From NCBI GenBank assembly GCA_963664875.1, contig OY761611.1, positions 2,880,001 to 2,944,000 of the forward strand: a DNA stretch of 64,000 bases. The letters run 5' to 3'. This document shows, piece by piece, positions 27,944 through 35,650 of the stretch (the first letter of the stretch is position 1; each line of letters begins with the position of its first letter). The DNA comes from Candidatus Kapaibacterium sp. GTDB lineage: Bacteria > Bacteroidota > Ignavibacteria > Kapaibacteriales > UBA2268. The notes under the pieces are model-generated. The model was not told the DNA's origin. It saw only the letters and a program-made list of their open reading frames with translations, and did no database searches. The position numbers were made by a program, and so were the translations under genes.

Positions 27944-28837
27944 ATGACCAAAATTGTTGTAAAGGTTCCTAGAAAAAAATCGAAAGTCAAGATAATTCGC
28001 TCTCAAGACATAATCGAGCAGGAATTAGAAAAGAAAAGGCTGAGGGAGTTAGAACTTCGTAGGCGAATTGAAGAGGAAAGACAAATACATGCCGTGCATG
28101 AGTATGTCGAAATTCCTGTGGCAGAACCTGAGCCCGAACCGGAACCGGAGATTGTAGCGGAGCCGGAGATTGAGGTTGCCCTAAAGACAGAAATACCACA
28201 TCAGCATTTCACTGAGACTTTTGTGATATACGATCATGAAAGCCCTGTCGAAATCAATCTGAGTAACATCAAAGAAGAAACTGTACCGCTCGATGTTGCG
28301 ATGACTGAGGTGCAAAATGCTTATGACCGTGGATTTTCAGATGGGCAAAAAGCAAGCGAAGCGGTATTTGTTACCGAAATTGAAGATTATAGGAAATGGA
28401 TGCTTCGTATAGATAAAGTTGTTGATGAAATGCGTGAATCATTTGCTGACGAATTAGTCAAATTCGAAAAAGTTCTTTTAGATACAGCTACCATGATTGC
28501 CGAGCATATTCTTGAACACGAAATTTCTCAAAATTCCGAAATTGTTATCGAGCAAATCAAAAAAGTTATCCGAGATGTCGAAGACGAAAATGTATATGAG
28601 GTGAGACTCAACAGCGAAGATGTGTTTATTCTAAAAGAAATTAAAAGCAGCGTCTTTGCTAATAAAGAAAAGTACCCTGATGTGAAATTTATTTCTGACG
28701 ATCGTATTCGCCCGGGTGGGTGCATTGTTCAAACCTCTGCAGGCACTATAGATGCAAGAATATCGAGGCAAATAGAGCGAATCAAAATTGCTTTGCGAGA
28801 AATAATGAATGACCCGGAATTAAAAGCACAAATGTAA
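27944..28837 (+). CDS. fliH: Flagellar assembly protein FliH
   Basis: AYDRGFSDG, GGCIVQTSAGTIDA; between fliG and fliI. Confidence 0.88.
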   Translation: MTKIVVKVPRKKSKVKIIRSQDIIEQELEKKRLRELELRRRIEEERQIHAVHEYVEIPVAEPEPEPEPEIVAEPEIEVALKTEIPHQHFTETFVIYDHESPVEINLSNIKEETVPLDVAMTEVQNAYDRGFSDGQKASEAVFVTEIEDYRKWMLRIDKVVDEMRESFADELVKFEKVLLDTATMIAEHILEHEISQNSEIVIEQIKKVIRDVEDENVYEVRLNSEDVFILKEIKSSVFANKEKYPDVKFISDDRIRPGGCIVQTSAGTIDARISRQIERIKIALREIMNDPELKAQM

Positions 28838-28843
28838 ACAATT

Positions 28844-30169
28844 ATGATAAATCCTGATATACTCAGAGCCAAACTTAATGATGCAGTCAAAACTGTTAAA
28901 TCAACAGAAATGACCGGCAGACTTAATAAAGTGATAGGAATGGTACTCGAAAGCGATGGACCTAAAGCACCTATTGGTCAGATTTGCCATTTGAGAGATA
29001 AAGAGGGCAATATCATATCAAAATCTGAGATAGTTGGGTTCAAAGATAGTAATAAGATTTTATCCATGGTGCTCGGTGATTTATATAATATTACTCCCGG
29101 CATGGATATAGTTGCAACCGGAGAAACGCTGAAAGTGGGTGTGGGCGATAGATTTCTCGGAAGAGTTTTAGATGGACTTGGCGAACCTATGGACGGCAAA
29201 GGTCACATCTATTCCTCAGAGAAGCGATCTATTTATGCTCAGCCTCCGAATCCGCTTCTACGAAAAAGAATTACCGAACCGATATCTACCGGAATTAAAG
29301 CTATTGACGGGATGCTCACCATGGGCAAAGGTCAAAGGGTTGGTATCTTCGCAGGTTCAGGTGTCGGTAAATCTACTTTACTTGGCATGATAGCAAGACA
29401 AACTTCTGCCGATATTAACGTTATTGCTCTAATTGGGGAACGTGGAAGAGAGGTCAGAGAGTTTATCGAAAAAGATTTGGGCACAGAAGGATTAGCAAGG
29501 TCGGTAGTTGTTGTTGCAACTAGCGATGCTCCTCCTTTAGTTCGTGTTAAAGCTGCCTTAGTAGCAACGAGCATTGCTGAGTACTACCGAGATAAAAGTA
29601 TGGACGTGATGCTGATGATGGATTCGGCGACAAGGCTGGCAATGGCACAGAGAGAAGTTGGTCTAACCATCGGCGAACCTCCTACCACGAAAGGCTATAC
29701 ACCTTCTGTATTTAGTTTGATGCAAAATACAATGGAAAGAGCAGGTACTTCCGAGCACGGCTCCATAACTGCACTATATACTATTCTTGTCGAAGGTGAT
29801 GACATGAACGAACCAATAGCCGACACTGCCCGTGGTATTTTAGATGGGCACATAGTGCTTTCCAGAAAGTTGGCTTCAGCAGGGCATTACCCTGCTATTA
29901 GTGTTCTTGATAGTATTAGCCGTGTGAAAAATGATATTGCTGACAGAGAACACCTTCAGGCGTCTCAGAAAATACAAACTTTGCTTGCTACTTACGCCGA
30001 TGCAGAAGATTTGATTAGTGTCGGGGCTTACCAGAGAGGAAGTAGCCCTAAAATCGATAAATCAATACAGATGATAGACAGAATCAATAGCTTTTTAATG
30101 CAGGAAGTCCTTGCGTCGCATAATTTATCAGACACTATCAGGGAATTAAAAGAGCTTGCAAACCAATAG
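28844..30169 (+). CDS. fliI: Flagellar export ATPase FliI
   Basis: AGSGVGKST, LIGERGREV, GEPPTTKGY, DGHIVLSR. Confidence 0.96.
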   Translation: MINPDILRAKLNDAVKTVKSTEMTGRLNKVIGMVLESDGPKAPIGQICHLRDKEGNIISKSEIVGFKDSNKILSMVLGDLYNITPGMDIVATGETLKVGVGDRFLGRVLDGLGEPMDGKGHIYSSEKRSIYAQPPNPLLRKRITEPISTGIKAIDGMLTMGKGQRVGIFAGSGVGKSTLLGMIARQTSADINVIALIGERGREVREFIEKDLGTEGLARSVVVVATSDAPPLVRVKAALVATSIAEYYRDKSMDVMLMMDSATRLAMAQREVGLTIGEPPTTKGYTPSVFSLMQNTMERAGTSEHGSITALYTILVEGDDMNEPIADTARGILDGHIVLSRKLASAGHYPAISVLDSISRVKNDIADREHLQASQKIQTLLATYADAEDLISVGAYQRGSSPKIDKSIQMIDRINSFLMQEVLASHNLSDTIRELKELANQ

Positions 30170-30309
30170 GTCCTGAATAAAACTATTGATATGGACGAAA
30201 AGTCGGGTTAAAAAACACGGAGTTGTTTACTAAGGTGATTTTTCGAAGAATTAGTTACAAGATTAGGCAAAATAAAACTTAAAGATATTATCTTATTTAT
30301 AGTACAGCG

Positions 30310-30753
30310 ATGGCAAAAAAATTCAAATTCAGATTAGATCCTCTTCTTCGATTGAAGAGCCATAAGGTTGAGCGAGCTAAGGAAATGCTTAGTGAAGTCA
30401 GCCAGATGCGTTTTATGAAAGAAGATGAGAAAGAAAAGAATTTGGCTTATCTCAAAGAAATGCTTAATACCGGCAAAAAATCCGGAAACGTATTGCAAAT
30501 GCAGGCAGCAAGCTATCATAATGCTTATGTTCGTTCACAAATAGAAAAATTGCAAAAAGAAATAGATAAACTTAAAGAAATTGAAAACATAAGACGACAA
30601 CAACTAAATAAAGCGATGCAGGAAGAAAAAGTTCTTACTAAGCTGAAAGACAAAAAAGAACACGCTTATCTGCATGATGTGCTAAAAGAAGAAAATGCCT
30701 TTATTGACGAAATAGCTATCCTTCGTGGCAATCAAAAAAGAGGAGAATCCTAA
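30310..30753 (+). CDS. fliJ: Flagellar export protein FliJ
   Basis: FKFRLDPLL, coiled coil, IDEIA; follows fliI. Confidence 0.88.
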   Translation: MAKKFKFRLDPLLRLKSHKVERAKEMLSEVSQMRFMKEDEKEKNLAYLKEMLNTGKKSGNVLQMQAASYHNAYVRSQIEKLQKEIDKLKEIENIRRQQLNKAMQEEKVLTKLKDKKEHAYLHDVLKEENAFIDEIAILRGNQKRGES

Positions 30754-31472
30754 TGGAAATGAATATCAAAAAAGCAGCAATGATTATTGTAGGTATCAGC
30801 TTTTCGCTGACGCTGACAGTGCTTGCTGTAATTGGTATTTACCAGTGGGATCCGACTTTAATGGGACTGCCACCTCATCCTCAGGATACTACTCAGGTTG
30901 TGGAGCTTCCTCCGCCACCGCCAAAGCCAGTAGAATCTATTAAAACAGTAGAAATCACAGAAGCCCAGTTCAAAGAAATGGAAGATGAGCTCATAGCTAA
31001 GCATAGGATTGTACAAAGCAAAGATTCACTTGCCAAAGCTAATAAGCAACTTCAGGATTCCATAAAGAAGCTGGTAGCTATGGGCAAAAAGTATAATGAC
31101 TCTATCAAATCTGTTTCAAAATATCTTGACAGTGCCAAGCTGGCAAAATCTCATTTGTCTGATTCTTTGGCAAAGCTTGCCGCTAAGGTGAAAAAAGATT
31201 CCATCAAAATATTGCTTAAGCAAAATAAAATAGATAATCTTCAGGACTATCTTGTTGCCAAAGCAGATTCATCTGAAACAGAAAACTTCAAAGTGTTTGC
31301 TAAAATGTACGATGCTACTAATCCTGCAGATGTTGCCAGAATATTAGAACAAATAGACGAACGCGACGCTGCTGTAATCCTCAAACTTATGCAAAAAAAG
31401 AAAGCTGGCAAGGTTCTTGAATCTATGACTCCTGAGAGTGCTGCTGCAATATTGTTATTGGGTAGCGAATAA
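30753..31472 (+). CDS. MotE/FlbB-like flagellar protein (MgtE N-terminal-like domain)
   Basis: TM helix, coiled coil, AKMYDATNPADVARILE...KKAGKVLESM. Confidence 0.75.
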   Translation: MEMNIKKAAMIIVGISFSLTLTVLAVIGIYQWDPTLMGLPPHPQDTTQVVELPPPPPKPVESIKTVEITEAQFKEMEDELIAKHRIVQSKDSLAKANKQLQDSIKKLVAMGKKYNDSIKSVSKYLDSAKLAKSHLSDSLAKLAAKVKKDSIKILLKQNKIDNLQDYLVAKADSSETENFKVFAKMYDATNPADVARILEQIDERDAAVILKLMQKKKAGKVLESMTPESAAAILLLGSE

Positions 31473-31510
31473 AAAAATTAGGAATGTAGATTTTAGTGCA
31501 AGGACGCACC

Positions 31511-32746
31511 ATGCAAATCTTCCCTGTAAATAATGCCGGAAACCAAATCTCTACAAATGCGGAAAAGCGATATGCCGAAGAGGCAGCTATGGCTTTGGCG
31601 AGTATGGGTAACCTGTTTAGCGATGTGCTGAATAATATTCAGGCAGATAAGTCAGCAAACCAAAATAAATCTGATGCTAATTATAGCCAAAATGTTAAAG
31701 AAGATAACTCTTCGCAAAGAAAAGCAAACAACGGAGAGGTGGAGAATAACATCAAATCGGCTGATAATAGCCCAAAAAAATCAGAGACTACAGACAATAA
31801 ATCTGAAGAAAGTAAAAATTCCACATCCACTGAAAAAAAATCTGAAGATACAAAAATGTCTAAATCTGACAGCATATCTTCCGTTAAGGCAGACTCTAAT
31901 CAATCTAAACAAACCACTTCCGTAAGCGTTAAGTCTGAGCTCCCTCAAACAGGCACACAGACGGGCGAACAGACAAGCTTACAAGAGCAGATGGATTTTG
32001 TCAAAAAATTTGAAAATGCCAATATAAAAGTGTCTGTCAAATCAGAAGCAGTTGCCGTTGAACCGAGCATAAAAGATATTCAAAATATGTTTATGGCTAA
32101 TAGTAGTGCGGCGAATATTGAAAATATGTCTGATAATCTACTAAAAAATGCAGGCATAAAAGAATTATTTGACGGCAAATCATTCGAGCAGATAAAAGAA
32201 ATACTAAATAATTCGGGTTCCGGCTTTTCTGATATGTCCGGTTTTAATTTCGAGTTCAACGGACAAAAAATATTGGACAGAGCTAATAACCTGAAATTTG
32301 AGAAAGTTATAAGAACACAGATAAAAGATTTTGCTGCAAAGCTAACCTCTGTGGTCAAAAATGTTCCTAATTCTACAAATGCCACAGCCAAGATGGTACT
32401 TCGTCCCGAATCGCTTGGCACTGTATTTGTAGATATTAACTCAACTGAGGGGGTAGTTAAATTGAAAATCAAGGCTCAGTCACAGGAAGTGATTGACAAG
32501 TTAGAAGCCCAAATAGCAGAGCTCAGGCAAAAACTTGAAAAGTCCGGCTTAGTCGCCGAACACATTGAGTTTGCTCTCTACGAGGAAGGAGAAAATGCTT
32601 TTAACAGCTTTGCATTTTCAAAAGAAAAACAGGACGAAATGGAAGCACGAAAAGATTTCGTGCGCTCTTTTACCGGATTAGCTTCTGATTCTACTCAGGA
32701 TGAGCCTACAATCAGCAGTAAAAATGGTATAGAGCAGTACATTTAA
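31511..32746 (+). CDS. fliK: Flagellar hook-length control protein FliK
   Basis: Low-complexity N-terminus, LRPESLGTV T3S4 motif; precedes flgD. Confidence 0.88.
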   Translation: MQIFPVNNAGNQISTNAEKRYAEEAAMALASMGNLFSDVLNNIQADKSANQNKSDANYSQNVKEDNSSQRKANNGEVENNIKSADNSPKKSETTDNKSEESKNSTSTEKKSEDTKMSKSDSISSVKADSNQSKQTTSVSVKSELPQTGTQTGEQTSLQEQMDFVKKFENANIKVSVKSEAVAVEPSIKDIQNMFMANSSAANIENMSDNLLKNAGIKELFDGKSFEQIKEILNNSGSGFSDMSGFNFEFNGQKILDRANNLKFEKVIRTQIKDFAAKLTSVVKNVPNSTNATAKMVLRPESLGTVFVDINSTEGVVKLKIKAQSQEVIDKLEAQIAELRQKLEKSGLVAEHIEFALYEEGENAFNSFAFSKEKQDEMEARKDFVRSFTGLASDSTQDEPTISSKNGIEQYI

Positions 32747-32769
32747 CCCTTTCAACATGGAGGTTGCAA

Positions 32770-33462
32770 ATGACTCAGGGAGTAACCGGAACTACTTCGA
32801 GTGCGTATAACTATTCTGGTAGCAGCACGTCAGCAAGCAGCGGAAGCGATGTGAGCAAAGACGAATTTTTGAAGCTGCTTACCTATCAGTTAAAAGCACA
32901 AAACCCGTTGAAACCATACGACAACCAAGAGTTTGCCTCTCAGTTAGCTCAATTCTCGCAATTGGAAATGCTTACTGACATTCGTTCTATAATGGAAGAA
33001 CAATCGCAGGTCAATCTCTTGCTTACTCAAACTATGTCCAATACTGCTTTGCCGGGGATGCTTGGCAAATCTGCCAAAGCTTACACCGATGGTGTTTCCT
33101 TTGACGGTGAAAACCCTGTGCAACTTGGTTATACTTTACCTTATTCGGCTTCATCAGGTTCTGTTTCTATATATAACGAAAGCGGAACGCTGATTAAAAC
33201 AATTGACCTTGACAGCTCTGTGCTGCGAACCGGCGATAACACTATCGAATGGGATGGCACTGATGCAGAGGGCAATACTGTCGATGAGGGTAAATATAGT
33301 TTTGTTGCTAATGTGGCAGACGGCGAAGGCAAAGCAATAACAACGGAAACTTTTGTCAACGGAAAAATCGAAGCAGTTCGTTTTAAAAGTGAAGGTACTG
33401 TATTGGTTATCAATGGTATGGAAATACCACTTGGTGACATTTCTGCAGTTACTTCCGGGTAA
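32770..33462 (+). CDS. flgD: Flagellar hook capping protein FlgD
   Basis: FLKLLTYQLKAQNPL, QLAQFSQLE, WDGTD; ATG at 32770 follows GGAGG. Confidence 0.96.
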   Translation: MTQGVTGTTSSAYNYSGSSTSASSGSDVSKDEFLKLLTYQLKAQNPLKPYDNQEFASQLAQFSQLEMLTDIRSIMEEQSQVNLLLTQTMSNTALPGMLGKSAKAYTDGVSFDGENPVQLGYTLPYSASSGSVSIYNESGTLIKTIDLDSSVLRTGDNTIEWDGTDAEGNTVDEGKYSFVANVADGEGKAITTETFVNGKIEAVRFKSEGTVLVINGMEIPLGDISAVTSG

Positions 33463-33492
33463 TTGATTTAACTAAAAAAACAGGAGGCGTCT

Positions 33493-33882
33493 ATGATTGA
33501 TATTGAAGGCGTCAGACTACCGTTTGTTCCCGCAGGCGGTGTGCGTTCTCTCAAAAATCCTGCTCAGCAGATTAAAGTTCCGGATGGGAAAAGTACTGAT
33601 TTCAGTGATATTTTCAAAAAAGAACTGGAAAAGGTAAACTTTTCGTCTCATGCTCAATCGCGCATGGTAAGTAGAGATATTAGTATCTCGCCTGCTGAAA
33701 TGGAAAAATTAGAAACAGCAATTGATAAGTTAGCTGAAAAGGGCGGTAAAGATTCGTTGGTGATGATGCAGGACAAATCCTTTATTGTTAACGTACCATC
33801 TAAAACAATCGTTACCGTTTTTGACAGCTCGCAGATGCAGGAAAACGTTTTTACAAATATCGACTCGGCTGTGATAGCATAA
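33493..33882 (+). CDS. TIGR02530-family flagellar operon protein
   Basis: FSSHAQSRM, KGGKDSLV, TIVT, NVFTNIDSAVI; between flgD and flgE. Confidence 0.9.
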   Translation: MIDIEGVRLPFVPAGGVRSLKNPAQQIKVPDGKSTDFSDIFKKELEKVNFSSHAQSRMVSRDISISPAEMEKLETAIDKLAEKGGKDSLVMMQDKSFIVNVPSKTIVTVFDSSQMQENVFTNIDSAVIA

Positions 33883-33885
33883 GAG

Positions 33886-33988
33886 CGAGCAGGACTTTGC
33901 CTTTGTCTCAGAGAATAAGGGCGAGATGCTCGAAAAGCCTTGACCGACTGATAGGCTTTTTCGGTTGAAAATCAACAAGGAGGTTGAT
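33886..33988 (+). promoter_or_regulatory. Structured RNA leader of flgE
   Basis: Two long hairpins (GGA bulge; loop TGACCGACTGAT) plus an SD-in-loop hairpin. Confidence 0.6.
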
Positions 33989-35311
33989 ATGGGCTTAATA
34001 AGATCGCTTTCGATTGGAGCGAGTTCCTTAAAAACCCATCAAAAAGGATTTGACGTTATTTCAAATAACTTAGCCAATGCTAATACAGTAGCTTATAAAT
34101 CAAACTCTGCTAACTTTGCAGAGGAATTCAATCAGGTTTATAGCTATGGAAGAGGCCCGGGAGACACCGGCACTTCCGCTGCAGGAGGTACTAATCCTTT
34201 GCAGTATGGGCTTGGAGTTAAGTTGAGCTCAATCCAACAGAATATGACGCAGGGAGTTATCGAATCTACCAACAGACCATTAGATATGGCTTTGCAGGGT
34301 GGAGGCTTTTTTGTGTATAATCTTGGTGGTACAGATTATTATTCTCGTGCCGGAGCCATTTCGCAGGACAAACTTGGTAATCTTGTGGATAGTGGCACAG
34401 GTGCATTCTTGCAGGGATATAATGTATCCTATGATGCTAACGGACGAATCAATAAAACTTCTGACGGTGCTAATATCCTTGACGCAACCGTCTCTAATTT
34501 GACAATTTCGCCCGATGTGGTCTCTGCTCCTAAACAGACAGAAAATATTGCATTGAAAGGTAATTTGAATTCTGAAGCAGACGAAGGAAATGTTCGTACT
34601 ACCAGTATTGATATACTCGATAATAACGGCGGTTCGCACACAGTAACACTTTCGTTTACAAAAAGTGCTACTGCCAATCAGTACGATGTTGCCGCTAAAG
34701 TTGACGGAAACGATATATCATTAGATGCTACAAACATTACTTTCAATCCTGACGGTTCGATAAGTACACCTTTAGAATTGAATATGACAGCTGCTGATTT
34801 GAATACTGCAGTTGGATCTGATGTATTTGATACAGGCACTCCAAAAAATGTAACTATTACACTTGCAAATTCAAATAACCTGTTGCAGGGACTAACCAAT
34901 TTTGCACAGGCAGATTCTGCAACAGCGACCTCGCAGGACGGTTACAAACCCGGATCATTACTTTCCCTTTCTGTTCAGCCTGATGGTAGAATAGTGGGTA
35001 GTTTTTCGAATGGGCAGGCAGAAGTCTTGGGGCAGGTGGTAGTCGCAAAATTTACCAATGAAGATGGTTTAGTCCGATCAGGTAACAATTTCTTTGTGCC
35101 TTCTCCAAATAGTGGATTGCCAGTGATCGGTACGGCTACAGAAACATTTGCTTCTACGATGGTTGCTGGACAGTCATTGGAACAATCAAATGTAGATATG
35201 ACAGAAGAATTTACTGATATGATATCGACTCAAAGAGCTTTTGAAGCTGCTTCGCGAACAATTTCCGTAAGCGATCAGCTACTTCAGGAAATAAATCAGC
35301 TTAAAAGATAA
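33989..35311 (+). CDS. flgE: Flagellar hook protein FlgE
   Basis: ISNNLANANTVAYK, DMALQGGGFF, SRAG, LEQSNVD, QRAFEAASR. Confidence 0.95.
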   Translation: MGLIRSLSIGASSLKTHQKGFDVISNNLANANTVAYKSNSANFAEEFNQVYSYGRGPGDTGTSAAGGTNPLQYGLGVKLSSIQQNMTQGVIESTNRPLDMALQGGGFFVYNLGGTDYYSRAGAISQDKLGNLVDSGTGAFLQGYNVSYDANGRINKTSDGANILDATVSNLTISPDVVSAPKQTENIALKGNLNSEADEGNVRTTSIDILDNNGGSHTVTLSFTKSATANQYDVAAKVDGNDISLDATNITFNPDGSISTPLELNMTAADLNTAVGSDVFDTGTPKNVTITLANSNNLLQGLTNFAQADSATATSQDGYKPGSLLSLSVQPDGRIVGSFSNGQAEVLGQVVVAKFTNEDGLVRSGNNFFVPSPNSGLPVIGTATETFASTMVAGQSLEQSNVDMTEEFTDMISTQRAFEAASRTISVSDQLLQEINQLKR

Positions 35312-35315
35312 TAGC

Positions 35316-35342
35316 TAATGTTTTAGCAAATTAAGTCGATAA
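35316..35342 (+). promoter_or_regulatory. Candidate sigma28 (FliA) promoter
   Basis: TAAT-N15-GTCGATAA against consensus TAAA-N15-GCCGATAA, 5 nt after the flgE stop. Confidence 0.55.
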
Positions 35343-35348
35343 TAATAA

Positions 35349-35447
35349 AAAGTGTCAATCATCGAGGCAGATGACAAGACAATCAGGGAAATATATCCCT
35401 GATCCTCCATAATTCGGGTGGTTGCAATATACTACCCGTTTTTTTTT
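35349..35447 (+). ncRNA. Candidate ~100-nt sRNA with exposed anti-SD seed; its 3' hairpin also terminates the flagellar operon
   Basis: Hairpins tcatc/gatga and atcaggga/tccctgat, single-stranded CCTCCATAATT, terminator cgggtggt/actacccg plus T9. Confidence 0.55.
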
Positions 35448-35650
35448 GCTTTCAGTCTGAAAGAGCCCTGAAATAGCACCCTTTCCTGCTCCTGAATATC
35501 TATCTCCCAAAAAAAACAATAGCAATCCTGTTCGTCAATATTCTCAGTATTTTCTAAGTCTGATCTTTTCAATTTCCATTGCTTATGTTCATATATAGTG
35601 GTAAATTAGGAGATTGGAATTAAACTAATTATCAAAACGGAATATTGAAA

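Noticed and set aside
28122-28170. GAACCGGA-like repeats in fliH
   Set aside because: They encode a Glu-Pro linker; a protein-level repeat, not a DNA element.
30170-30309. 140-bp gap between fliI and fliJ as an internal promoter or RNA element
   Set aside because: I found no convincing sigma54 or sigma28 motif and no stable hairpin.
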